Position numbers and translations under genes: made by a program. This document shows positions 13,901-27,186 of a DNA stretch of 64,000 nucleotides, in pieces. Below the pieces are notes generated by a model that worked only from the letters and a program-made list of their open reading frames with translations, did no database searches and was not told the DNA's origin. The stretch's first letter is position 1; every line of letters starts with the position of its first letter. Where the stretch lies: positions 16,740,001-16,804,000 of the forward strand of contig CM022665.1 in NCBI GenBank assembly GCA_012295275.1, read 5' to 3'. The stretch is from Chrysomallon squamiferum (taxonomy: Eukaryota; Animalia; Mollusca).

Positions 13901-16900
13901 TATATAAATGAAGACGTGTTTAATTGTAAAATAATTTAAATATTTAAATACATAATATTAAAATAATATAATAAAGTAAAATTTAAAAACAAAATAATAA
14001 ATATACAAAAAATAAAAAATAGCATTCATAAAATATTTTAAATGAAGTATAATTGTAATAGTACACTTTACTTCAAATATTTAGTTTTTTAAAAACAAAA
14101 GTATAATGGAACTGGACTAGAAACTTACAGCTTTCAGATCTGATGAAAGACTTTGTAGTTCATCATGTCTTTCTCTCAGAATGTGATCTGTCCGTATTTC
14201 ATTCTGGATTGCAGCAAGTCGTCTTTCCACTCTATCACCAATCTATTAAAGAAAAATAAAACAAAGATGAATAATTGAATTTTCTTTAGTTAACTGAAAT
14301 TCTGTGAGTTCACAATAAAAATATAGTGTATGTGTGTGTGTGTGAATATAAATAAAAAAATGTGTAGAGACAAAGTTAACCAGAATAACACTTAAATTAA
14401 ATAGGTCCAAATTTTTTTTTTTAAATGTATTTTTATTATTTTAAACAGGCCTGGAATTATTGTTCAGTACAGATTCTACTTACAGTGTCTGGAGGTGGGG
14501 TCAAACGACGGACCTCATCAGATAACCTTCGAATAGATCTTTGTGTTTCATAAGCATCTCTGCAATATATTTAATACTCTCTGAATAACAATGATAAAAT
14601 GATGATGATGATAATAAATAAAACTAATAACAATATTTTTCAATTAAAAATATTTACTGAAAACCTAAATATATGTTTAATTCCATTTATCATCATTTTA
14701 TTCTTTTCATAATATTCAAAGAAAATAACAGAAAAAAAAACATCCATGAAATTTTAGGCAATTATATAATGACTGCATTTTCAGCATATTTTCTGCTTGT
14801 GAAATTATGAAAACAGTTACAATTTTTAAGAAAGTCAGATTATCATTAAATTTCTGTTTACCAACAGAAGAAGGAAGTAAATTTCTTTTCACACCTAATT
14901 TTTAAATGATAAAATTTATAACTGAATTAAATGCACTTTATAAAAGAAATGCTATCTTTTGAAACAATATTTAAATTACAGATTATGGTCAAGAATATTC
15001 GCTGTACACATGATATTTCTTTTTTTTGTTACAATTTGTTTAAATATTTTCTTACTTTACCCAGAGTTTAATGATATTCAGAGATATATCTGAAATATTC
15101 TGTACCTCTCTCTCCTATCTACTTCTTTATTAAAACTCTCCTCCATTTTCAGCTGTTCAGAAGACAAATCGCGTACATTTTGATGAATATTGTGAAGTTC
15201 TTTGTTCATGTCATCTGCAAATCTCACTGATGATTTCCTTTTTCTCCTTCGACTGCTGGAAGGAGACTCTGTATCACTCTGTTAAATTAATGAACAGGAA
15301 TTATTATTATTATTTATTATTTCTTTTTTAATTTCTTTATAATACAGTGATGTATAATAAAAGAAAAGCAAACTTAAAATTAAAATAATACTACTAATAA
15401 ATAAAACAAAACCAGCAATTATTGATAATGTAAAAAAAAATAATAATAATAATAACAATAATAATAAAATGAAATAAAATAAAAACAAATAGAATTAATC
15501 TGAATTAAAAAAGTAAAAAAGTGTATAAGAAAAGCACAAACATAATTTTTTATTATTATTATTTTTTTAACATATGTAGAATAAGAACTGAAACAGATAT
15601 CATGAAGTATATGGTTTATTTGCCAGAAATAAAAAAATGTTTACTAGCTTAGGAAGGTAAGTGTGAACTTGCTTTATTGTCAAAGTGGATTTAATTGAAA
15701 AGTAGAATAAACTTTTTTTTTTAAACTCATTAAATTTGATTCTACATTCCATATTCATGTAAAAAAATATATATATCCTTAAAAAAAAAAAAAATTAAAA
15801 AAAAAAAAAATAAATAAATAAATAAAAAATTGTTAATCTGTTTTCCTATAAGCTGGTTATTTTACTGTCATACTTTATTATTATAATTTTTTTTAACAAA
15901 ATGGTCACCAGATACAAACACACACATAATGTATAAAATTAAAAGTACTTTTTCAGTCACAACTATAAAAATTACATTTCGCTTTTAAAAAAGAGAAAAA
16001 GATGTATACTTACCCCATAATCTCTCTCACTGTATATTGTGCTTCTTAGCCGCTCTTCACGAATATCATCATGAGTTCTTTCTACATCAGTTCTTAACTG
16101 AAATAATAGTATATAAAATTATTTAGTTTTAAGAATTCAGATGTTAACAGGTTTTATCTGTAGAACACATACCAACACACAGTGTGTGTGTTATAGAATA
16201 AACATGTTTAATCAACTGATGACAAATATAATTTGTTTACACCTTGTAATATTAAACAAGCTATGTAACTATCATTAATGCAGAGTTTTAAAGTGTGTAC
16301 CCTGTCTACTGCTGATCTCTGATCATGCCCAACATCTCTGTACTGATCTAACATGTGATCTAACTCTCTTAGGTTCCTAGTTGTGTCCTGAAAAACAAAA
16401 TAGTATATCAAATTAAATATCATTTTTTATATTTCAGTCTGTATTTAGTTATTTGTTACTGGTACAAGGGAAAGCATAATATAAATTGCTAGCATTTAAA
16501 TTTAAAATGAAACAATAAAAATAATTTAAAAAAATAAAAAATAAAAATGATGAAACATAAAAATATAAGAAACAGCTTAATTATAATTATAATGATAATA
16601 ATGATGATGATGATAATAATGATAATCATATTGCTATGAATGGATGTTAAAAATGAATGATAAACTGATAAATAACAAAAACAAATTAAATTAAGAACAA
16701 CAATAATAATTTAATTAAAGATTTAATGATGAAATTATGTACCATTGTAAATAACAAAGTCAACTTAATTAAGAAGTGACAGCAGTATGTTTTGTTGGTG
16801 GGGGGGGGAATTTTTATTAAGTAATGTTGAAAGAACAAAATCAAACAATCTTACTGTTCCAACCAAAGATTTATAACTAAATACCTTTTGTGAAAATATA

Positions 16901-19900
16901 AGAAACAGCTTAATTATAATTATAATGATAATAATGATGATGATGATAATAATGATAATCATATTGCTATGAATGGATGTTAAAAATGAATGATAAACTG
17001 ATAAATAACAAAAACAAATTAAATTAAGAACAACAATAATAATTTAATTAAAGATTTAATGATGAAATTATGTACCGTTGTAAATAACAAAGTCAACTTA
17101 ATTAAGAAGTGACAGCAGTATGTTTTGTTGGTGGGGGGGGGGGAATTTTTATTAAGCAATGTTGAAAGAACAAAATCAAACAATCTTACTGTTCAAACCA
17201 AAGATTTATAACTAAATACCTTTTGTGAAAAGAAGAAATATATTTATCTATTTGTCAGTATGTGTATTTGTAAATTGTATATGTACCTAAAAAAACAAAA
17301 AAACATATAGGACTCACAAAATTTTCTTTAATGACATATTAATAAATAAAAAAAAAAAAAAAAAATAAATTCATTATTATTAACTATAAAAACAAAGCAA
17401 AAATTATATAAATTAAAAAACAAACAATACGTCAAATAATAACTATTAAAAAAAAATAAAAATAAAAATAAATTAAAAAATATCTCATTAACTATCCTAA
17501 ATAATATATCTTTAATGATTCAAACTACATTTGATACAGGCTAAAATAATTAATAGATTAAAGTTGTAGAAATTAATATCTGCAAATCTTCACCTTTTCT
17601 AAACAGTCACATCAAGAACCATTACTAGATAAATATTTAACATTAAAACTTAGATGAATAAAAACAGGTTTATCATTTGTCACAACCAACCAACAAAAGA
17701 ATGTCATTATAATTTATTGGAAATGTACCAGTGACACTAATAAACAGTGTGATAAAATTCACTTTAGAATTTGAACACTGTCACCACTTCAGATTAACAA
17801 ACACAAGTTTGACATGGCTGAACACAAGATCCTTTGTTCCATTTGGCTTTTGTCGATGGTTTGAGCTCAGCTAGCCAGAAAGTCTGCTCAATTTTGTTCA
17901 TTCAAAACCTTATAAAGGAGGGCTTTTTTCTTCTTCTTTTTTTGAACAAAAATAAGAAAACTCTATTTTTTCTCCATTCCAAAAAATCATGTAAAGCCCT
18001 GGGTTTTCAGCTATTAGTAAACATGAATGAAAACGTTCAATTTTTTTACCACTCCAAAATGAAACAACAAGGGATTTTTCAGTAATCCTAACAAGAAAAT
18101 TTAAATGTTTAAATGATAAAATAAATTTGTACCTTTAATTTTAATATTAATATGCTTAATTTTCTGTGTTTACCAAACATGTTTTGACTGAATTTTCAAA
18201 GACTGTTTTAAAAAGTTGCCTAAATAATTTATTTAATTTTGAATTGTCTGTTTAACATGGTTTAACTGTTAACACTTGACATAAGGGAGATTTATATAGG
18301 AAATAATACTTTGTAAGGCTAAGTACATACAAAAGAAAAGGAAAATGGATATGGGCATTAATGTATGCAGTAGGCAAACACTGACAATATTAAAATCATC
18401 CAAGCAAGTAATATCACAATGGATATTTTCAGTTAAACAGACTGTGTCATAGATAAATGGAATTTACTGACCCTTTATTTATCTGTGTATTTATAAAGCA
18501 AAAATATTTAAGACAACAGAATAATGAAGTAAAAATTTATATTAATTCAAACAGAATTTACTTACATGCCTAAACATTTCAGGTTTTGTTTACTTTTAAT
18601 CATTTTCTTGTTTAAGTGAAACAATATACATATATATATATATATCTGGTAATTTCTACTTTGAATAACAAAAACAAACAAACCAATCCCACCCAGAAAA
18701 AAACAGCAAAAAACCCCTCAAAACAAAACAAAAACAAAACCAACATCAAATAGTGAAAATTAAAACAAAAATTAACAATTATTAATATGTGTTTGTGTTT
18801 GTGTGCATATGTGTGTATATGTGCTTGAAGAAAATATGGTTAAAGATGATATGGTTTATACATAGTACAGCCTTCATACTAAATTTATTTCAGTGAAAAT
18901 AATGTCGGTTTATTAAGGTAAACATTTACTTTTTAAATTTTTGTTTAATACAATTATCATTTTGTATACATACACCCACACCCATACACCTTACATTTAT
19001 TTTTCATAGTTATATTTTATATTTTGTATAGTTTGCAATAAATATTCATAATTACATATTTTTGAAAAACATTATTTACAATATTTCTGTTATTTAATAT
19101 GTTTATATACAGACATTAAAAAATATCAAGTTTAACTTATAAATAAATTTTAAAATATAATGAAAAAATTTCTGAGATAGCTAAATCTGCAAAGTAAATT
19201 AAAAGCTGAATTTCACGAAGGCAGATGAAAGCTGAGCCAAATGTAGAATGCAATAATTTTTCACTGTCAGTAATCTGAAGACTCAGTCGGCAATAACAAC
19301 AATGGAACAAAAAGTTGTGATTTTGTTGATTTGAATAAATAAATAAATAATAAATATATATATATAAACAATAAAACCTTCTTTTTTTTTAATTTTAAAG
19401 AAAAAAACAGCTATTTTTTTTTTTAATAAAACTAAAGATCATGATTATAAATTTTATGCCAAAGACATGTATTAATTAATTTCAGACTGTACATATTATG
19501 CTTTTGTTCTTAAATGATGATTTCTTCTATTGATTCAATTTATTAATCAGTTGTAAGTGTCAAGTGATTCTGATGATTATTAACCTGCTGATGGTGCTGC
19601 TGTTATCAACTGTAACTAATGAGATACAAGCCAGAATTTACACAGTAGGTGCAAGACTACTAGATATCTTTTCTTCAAGCAGAGTCATAATAATTATCAT
19701 GGAAATACAGATCTATCTTTGTACATATACCAGCATGTTTCAAAAAGCTGATTGTTTACAGCTACAAGATGTCAAGTCATTGTAACTGTTTTGATCAAAT
19801 ATTCTATCAGAATCAAAATATCTTACTTTTTTATTGCACTGACAACTTCAGTTTTTGAACTGGATTTTCAAGACAAAAGGTAATAACTAATATTCATATC

Positions 19901-20596
19901 ACATACTGATGAAACCCAGTAAAACTGTCCAGTCACTGATTTAACATTACATGTAAGAAGCGTCTATTTTTTTAAATGGCTAGCCGAAAACTTGAATATA
20001 ACTAATTAATAATTTATTCAGAAAATATTACAAAATATGCAATTATTGTGATGTGCCACCATTTTCTGTGATTTATTAGTACAGCATATTTTGCTAAAAG
20101 AGGCACTTTTATATTAAGTCCAATTTTTACATTGTTTTTCCAGTAAGATTTATGTTTACATGTAAAACCTGACATAAATCTGAAAGATGTGTTGTCTGGT
20201 AAGATGTTTCTTTTATTTGCTAGATCAATCTTTATGTCATAATTAAATAATGTAATATTTTTATTGATAGCAAAACTGTTATTTCAAATATATTATAAAA
20301 ATCTATTTTATTTACAATATATAACTAAATTAGCATTTAATTTGAAATAAATAAATAAAAACACACATTTTTGAATGTTTAGAAAAAAAAAAAATTATTA
20401 ACTTCACCACTGAAATCTTGAGACAGTATGAATGATGGTCAAAAGTTCAGCTATATTTATCAGAACATCATACCTGGAGATTGCTTGTCAATTCATGAAC
20501 TCTTGGATCCATGTCAAGATGGTGGGATCTGCTAGGAGGAAGATAGTATTCATCACTTTCACTAGAAAAGTGGTTATTACGGTTATGTGATGCCAT
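1877..20596 (-). CDS. CEP128: Centrosomal protein of 128 kDa (CEP128) ortholog; multi-exon coiled-coil protein; 3' end unresolved
   Basis: GT-AG exons, all phase-consistent except one: 20474-20596 (MASHNRNNHFSSESDE...VHELTSNLQ), 16301-16387 (DTTRNLRELDHMLDQYRD), 16014-16097, 15106-15278 (SVRFADD..HQNVRDLSSEQ), 14484-14559, 14129-14242 (GDRVERRL), 13212-13377 (LDQSEGSRSVLQQQ; apparent frameshift), 12800-12917, 10743-10900, ~10176-10442 (RAQETVRQ), ~9321-9494 (WKMKVKQLEKEL), ~9049-9167, ~8705-8836, 8331-8405, ~7793-7879, ~7395-7454, ~6823-6909, ~6238-6336, ~5641-5707, ~4628-4656, ~4276-4345, ~3841-3918, ~3493-3552, 3104-3275 (NKLKWIRNEL), 1877-1926. These match recalled human CEP128 motifs in the same order: LQDTSRNLRQVDQML, VRF..HQSLRDLSSEQ, SDRVERRL, LNQSEGSRETLLHQV, KAQESIRQWK, TKLQWL. 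Confidence 0.9.
10987..12469 (+). mobile_element. Tc1/mariner (Tc1-like, DD34E) DNA transposon, full length but inactive, in a CEP128 intron, antisense to the host
   Basis: TIRs: left TACTCTCCCAAAAAAGAAACGCAGAA versus right reverse complement TACTCTAAAAAAAGAAACGCAAAA. TA dinucleotides flank both ends (10985-86, 12470-71). Internal Tc1 transposase remnant; ~1.48 kb is typical of Tc1. Confidence 0.93.
11304..12298 (+). pseudogene. Degenerate Tc1 transposase
   Basis: HTH start MPRLNEPQRNNAIGRLQAGES..VARVFHVSPSTI, then RSGRLRVT, VWFS(G)E, GSVMVWAAISY, RYCDEILQPHV, FQH(N)NARPH, LPWPSKSQDVNP and terminal GGHTRY*. Multiple in-frame stops and frameshifts. Both catalytic Asp appear mutated and the NPIE Glu region is deleted. 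Confidence 0.92.
16560..17231. repeat. Near-perfect tandem duplication, 2 x ~333 bp, in CEP128 intron 1
   Basis: Copy 1 starts AAATATAAGAAACAGCTT at 16561 and copy 2 at 16894. Visible differences: ACCATTGT/ACCGTTGT, G-run length, AAGTAAT/AAGCAAT, GTTCCAACC/GTTCAAACC. Confidence 0.95.
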
Positions 20597-21714
20597 CACC
20601 TCAATTGGTTAGATCAAAACATATGTACTACATCCAAATTTTGAATAAATGAACATGCATTTCTTATATTAATGTGTGTTTTTTAGTTGTTAATATATAC
20701 ACATAACAACAGATGATAAAACTGTAGTTGTAAAAGTTAAATCAAACATGCAGAATCCAAACGGTGCAAAATCATCCAGAATATCCAATGCAAAAACAAC
20801 TGTGAACAAATCTGCAATATGAAAGCAAACTGAAACAATGTCATATAAAACTTGTCTGATGAATATTAAAATGTGTTTTTAAAATAAGACAGTTACTGAT
20901 AAATTAAATATTAATAGTATATAGGTATACTTAAATACTCAGCAAACATGTTTACGTAAGATGTGATTTGGCATGATATTTAGAGTGCTGGTATACATTT
21001 AGACTGTTTACTTTATCAATCTGTTTATAAGAACATCTATTCTATGTTAGTATTACTCTTTAATTACAGTTAGTAAATACGTGACTTGACAGTCATAATA
21101 CTACGTTAGTTAAAAATGATCATGCAAACAAAATAAATTTATATTGTACAAGATTTATATTATCCTTTTACATATGAATTTGGTAAAGCAATACAAGTTT
21201 GCAACTAGTATAAAATTAATCAAAATGCTTAAAAATGTATGTGCAATAAAACATACAAAAAAAGAAAGAAAAATGTCTCAGTTAATACATTAAACAGGTC
21301 AGTGAAAGTTACTGTAGGAAAAGTTATTATATACTTATTAAAATGATGTGATTATTTATACAACAAAACTAATTTTAATTTAAATGTATCTGCTTATATC
21401 AACATCCATAAATATTAATATAAAAATTGAAAAAACAACACAGAATGCATGCAGCTGTTGTTAATACATACCAAATAATTACTCAGTGGTCAAGCAGTGG
21501 TCATCTAAATAAATCCATTAAATTAATCCAATCAAATTACTATTTTTGAATACCAATTCGTATACTTCCATGCCAGTTTCTGCAAAAATGGTCTAATTGT
21601 TTATGAACAACTTGCATTAACAAAAAAATGCTTGTGTATAGTTCATAAAAATGTAATTGAGAGCAACCATATTTGATCACTTAAGTGTTGGTTTCAAGCA
21701 GCTTTTACATAACC

Positions 21715-22240
21715 ATGAACACGTCAAATCATGTTTCAAAATGGTGGCAAACTAAAAATATTAATCTAATACTCGGCGTCCTCCTTGCAACCAAAATCAG
21801 AGAAAAATATTTGATACGTTATCTTTAATTTTAGTGACCCTTAAAACAAATTCAAACAAAGGAAAAAGAACAATTTAAAACAGTAATGAGTTCTTCGTTT
21901 AAACCTGTAACAACTGACGCGCAGCTGTCAAGCATTCATGCATGCAATTTTTGACGTCTGCTACTTGCGAGATTAATAATTACTCTACTTGTTTATTTCG
22001 AAAACAGAAATATAATTAAAAAAAACCCTGGAAGTTATTGCCTTATGCACAAAATATTTTACTTGATTATAAGTAATAATAAATTTTAATAAACTACTGA
22101 AATATTATTTTAAACGAAGAACAAGTCAAAAAGTGATGTGTTGAAACATGTTCCTGAAATCGAATAGACCGCCATTCCATTAAGCTATACTGAAAATTCG
22201 TCCTTTAAGTCAGAGCACCTCTTACGATGTTCGGCTATAA
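21715..22240 (-). promoter_or_regulatory. Putative CEP128 promoter region (local CpG enrichment)
   Basis: Cluster of CpGs (CACGTC, CTCGGCGTC, GACGCGC, TGACGTC, GACCGCC etc.) 1.1-1.6 kb upstream of the CEP128 ATG, set in CpG-poor DNA. Confidence 0.45.
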
Positions 22241-22621
22241 TTTTAATTCCATTTTTTTTTCTTTCCTTTTCCCCACCTCTCTTTTCATTAATTTTAATTT
22301 TTACATCATAATGTTTGGCAGTAATATGAAAAGTTAATATTATTTTAAATGAATTATTTCTTTAACTTTTAACAATTTATTATTATTTTTTGTTTTGTTT
22401 AGAATTCATTATTTATTATTTTGTTACAATTAAACATGTCTGTAATGAAACTACTGCTAGTAAATATTTTTATAGACAGGAAAACATATACCACAGTCTT
22501 TTGATCAAACTAAATATATTATGTGTATCACTGGCTGAAATTTTAGTATATTATTTTTATTTTTATATTTCTCTGGCAAAATGTCAGAAACATGAAAGAA
22601 TTTGTCCTTTCATTCTTACAA

Positions 22622-22689
22622 TCACACACACACACAGATATACATACATACATACACATACATATGCATGTATGTCTGTGTGTGTGTAT

Positions 22690-22729
<40 letters not shown>

Positions 22730-22751
22730 GTATGTGTGTGTATGTGTGTGT
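22622..22751. repeat. Compound (CA)/(TA)/(TG) microsatellite
   Basis: CACACA..., TATATA..., TGTGTG... tracts. Source of the spurious ORFs at 22390-22860. Confidence 0.9.
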
Positions 22752-23711
22752 CAGCTGTTTACAGTGTCACAACACAATTTGTGAAGGGATTAAAACATTC
22801 AGATGTTTTATACATGATTCTTTTATTGTTATAGTTTGTTATGTAGGTCAACTAAAATAATAAAATATCTTGGATGCCAGAAAAAAAAAAAAGGTGTTGC
22901 ATAGTTGTGATGATTACTGTTAAATAAATAATATAAAACAAATTAAGAAATCTTTCTTCATCTTCAGTTTAATATTGATACAATGCTGTCTTTGTACCAT
23001 TTCTCTCTCTCTTTTTTTTATCAATGCTCCAGGTATTGTGCATAAAACATTAGCCAGATTGTAGCTTTTGTTAATCTCTGTAAGAGATCTAAAATGGCAG
23101 TCTACTTACTGATTTGAAAAATAAAGAAAATGACAATACAGTCTTGCTACTGTGAATGAAATCTGCAAAAGCTGAAAACAGAGATGGCTATCAGACTAAC
23201 ACAATTCTCTAGTTAGTCTATCAACACTTTCATGGGATTGTGTATGTAAGTGCTTGCCAAAAACATCTTCATTACTGGATGAATTTCAACAAAGACTTTA
23301 TCTGTTATATCAGGATTTTTCAAACCATGCCTTTTAACATTTGATGTGCAGCTTGTAGAAATAGGTTGACACTATTATTTTATTTTATTTTTTTATCACT
23401 TTTAATATAAATTTACATATCTTTTTTCACAAATACTTGGTGTTTATCACATGTAGCTTTTACAAAAAGCAAATTTGGCTATCTTGGTTAATATTATACG
23501 ATGTAATTCATACATCCCTGATCAATTACTTCAGTTACACATAATCTGTACAGAAATAAATAATAAATCACAATTTATATAAATTAAACATTTTGCATGC
23601 TGTTTTTGTTTTATACAAGTTAAATTAGTTTATTTTCTATTGTTCTTGTTCCTTTTACACAAAACCCTGAAACAGCAGCGAAAGACATGAATCTCAGTTT
23701 TTGGTTTGCTA

Positions 23712-26700
23712 TCATCTTTTGGAAGGCAACATCTGAAGGTCAAATTTATGTCTGAGAAATTTGTAAATATCTTCTGCTCTTGATGTTGACATTTGACCTT
23801 TCACACTTATATCTTGGGGTGAACTGAAAAATAAAACAGAAACATTTTGCTATTGTTTTCATCATCATTATTATTATTTTTATTATTATTATTTAACATT
23901 TGGATTTAATTTCATTAAAGTAATTAGAATATAAAAATAAAATCAAATCAAATATTAAAAATACTTTTACTATAAAAAACAAGTTAAATAAAATAAAATG
24001 AAGTACATAAACTTGAACCCTCATTGCAAATAATAAATGGTAGCTTCCTTAAATCAAAGCAGATTCATTACATTACTGTCATATTTTATTTCTGCCATTT
24101 ATATGTATCATTGTTGATAATATAACCAAATTTTGATACTGATAATATGAATTTTTTTTTACCCTTTGATGAACTCAGATATGCTTCTGAAGTTAAAACA
24201 TAACGATAATGCTTGAGTGCAATTCAAATGAGGAATGCTGAGGTAAAATTGAAAAACCTAGAAAAAAAAAAATAAATAAATAAATAAAAAAAAAAAAAAA
24301 AAAATATATAATAATAATAATAATGTCTTAAATAAATAAATAAAAAATAAAGTAAACAAAAATGCAAATAAATAAATAAACAAATAAATATAAATCAATA
24401 CTAAATGAAAAATTATAGCAGAAGTTTTGTGTGAGCACAGATACTGAATATCTGTAACTGTAAAAATATTGTATTTCTGCCTTTTACAAAATAATTAATA
24501 TATACTTGAAGTATATAAAATAAAGACCTGCTCTTGTTGTGAATTCAGATTAACAGGTACTGTTATATTCATTTTTTTTCTTGCTTCTAGTTGACACAAT
24601 TCAGTTATCAATGTAGCCGTTTCATCTGTAAACAAACAATATTAATTAAAATGAAAATATGTATAAATAAAATATGATAAAAATATAAATGAACAAAATA
24701 AAAAAAATTTAAAAACATAATTAAAAAATAATAAAATATAATAAAATGATTTGAAATTAAATGAAATAATGAAAAAAAAAAAAAAAAAATTAAAAAAAAA
24801 AAAAAAAAAAGGTAAATAAAATTAAAATTTAAAATAAAAAGGTAAATAAAATATAAACAAAAATATAAGTAACACATAAATGTAAAATTAAAATAACTGA
24901 GTGAAACAAATTAAATGAAAAAAAAAGCAGAAAAAAGCTTCACTTAATAAGTAAAGGAAAATAAAGAAACGTACAGAATAAAAATTTAAAAAAAAGAAAG
25001 AAAATAGTATAATTTAAAAAGAAAATAAGAAAACAAGGAAAGTTCAAATCAAGTAAAATCAGTTATAAAAATTTATATAAAAATGAAATGAAACAAGAAA
25101 AGTTAAAATAAAATAAAATACATTTACATAAAACCACCAAAAAAATTAAGATATATGAAATGAAAATAAAAATTAATTTAACTACATAAAAGAAATTTAA
25201 ATTTTAAAAATATTTTAAAAAGATGAAGAAATTAAAAAGTATAAACTATAAATAAAAAAGAAGAAAAGTTAAAATTAAAAAATGTAATTATAAATGAAAG
25301 CAAAATTAAAATAAAATATAAATATATAAAAAATTAAATTATATAATCTAAAAATAAATAAAATAAATTTTAAACAAAATAATAACAAAAAATAATAATA
25401 AAATAAAAAAATCAATAAAATAGTACTATAAAAATGAAAATAAAATAAAATAAAATAAAATAAAAAGTAAATAAAGATAAATAAAAAATGAAAATTTATA
25501 TATATATATTTATATAAATTAAATGATAATGAAATGAAATAAAATACATATATTTATATACTGAAAAGAAATGAAAAAATACAGCAAGATATCAATATAA
25601 ATGTATAATTAAAAAAATAGAAAATAGAACAATAAAATATAATAAAGAAATATGAAATAAAAATTAATAATTAAAATATATCAGAAATAACAAAACAAAA
25701 ATCAAAAGAACAAACAAACAAAACAAAAAAATTAAAATAAAGAAATTAAACAACCATTTTTTTTAAATTTAGAAAAGTAAAAAAGGAAATAAATGAAAAA
25801 AAAAAAAAAAAAACAGGGGAAAAAAAAGAAGAAAAATTTAAAGTATAAGAGTAATTGTGAAAGAAAGAAATGAAACAACATATAATAAAATACCAATAAA
25901 TACAAAATGAAAAAAAAAAAGATATGAATATTAGAAAATGAACTAAAAGTAGAATGAGTAAAATGTGTAAGTAAACTGTAATATAAATATATAATGTAAA
26001 ATTAAAATAAAATTGGGTGAAATGGAAAACAACAACCAAAAACATAAAGTAAGATAAATAAAACAAAAGTTTAATAAACATAATACAAATTAAAATTAAA
26101 TAGTATTTTCAGTAAAAAAACAAGAACTGAAATGAAAGATAATACAACAATGTCATTAAACAAGGAAATAAAAAACCCAAATAAAGTTAATATCAAAACA
26201 AATTAAATAATAAATATAAATTAATGAAAAGTATATAAATATAAAGGAAATAAGAAATATTAAAATAAAACAAAATAATATAAAATACAAATATGTAATG
26301 AAACAAATTCAGATAAAATAAAAATAAAAACCCAAACAATATAATATAATAAAAATAATTTAACTTAAATAACAAAAATTATAAATACACACACAGATAC
26401 AAATACACAAGCACACAAATTAAAAAAAGAAAAGAAATGAAAAGAAATAAAAAAAGAGGGAAATCAGAAAATCACTATTGTTAAACAAAAATGAAACAAA
26501 ATATACAGAAAATAATCAAAAAAAAAGGAAATCAGAAAATAATAAGTTAAATAAAAAAGAAATAAAATATAAATAAAGTATAATGCAATTATATAAAATT
26601 ATAATAAACACTCACTAACAAAATTATTTTATGTTTTTTTAAAAACAAATTCTGTAATTACCCTGTGACTCGCTAAACAGAAGTCTGACAGTGCTCTGTG

Positions 26701-27155
26701 AGAGAAAGGCCATGATCCAATCTGTGTATTTAGTTCTGAAAGAAAAAAGAAAAAAAAGAAAAGTGAAACCAAAATGAAACAGTTACATTCTGTTTCATTT
26801 CAAACACATGTGAGTTAAATATTTTAAAAAATCTTTTCATTTAGAACAATTTTATTTCATATTTTGTTTTATTTTAATTAAACAAAAGTACATTTTTTTA
26901 AAAATATTTTATTTGAAATTTTTATTATGCATTTGAAGTTATATTATCCTGTTTTATTTTATTACTGTTATTTTTATTTTTTATTTCAAATATTACATTA
27001 TAAAATTACATTTATATTATTTTATTCCATTTTCTTGTTCTCTTATTTTTTTAAATATAATTTTTTTTTTTTAAATCCATTTATTTAGAACAATTTTATT
27101 TCACATTCTGTTTAAAATTATATTAATATTAATTCATTTTCTTCTGCTGTTTTGG

Positions 27156-27186
<31 letters not shown>

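Noticed and set aside
17830-19315. Short complementary patches (CTTTGTTCCATT at ~17832 and AATGGAACAAA at ~19301) in CEP128 intron 1
   Set aside because: Only ~11 bp of complementarity, expected by chance in AT-rich DNA.
21778-21791. RFX X-box-like GTCCTCCTTGCAAC upstream of CEP128, and ATGCCCATAGCGAT at ~46716 upstream of MAP10
   Set aside because: Attractive for centriolar genes, but each deviates from the consensus and cannot be supported without conservation data.
24608-26375. F/Y/I/L-rich ORFs resembling membrane proteins (also 15282-15488, 38356-38538, 61543-61725)
   Set aside because: Translations of low-complexity T-rich intron sequence; no homology and no splice logic.
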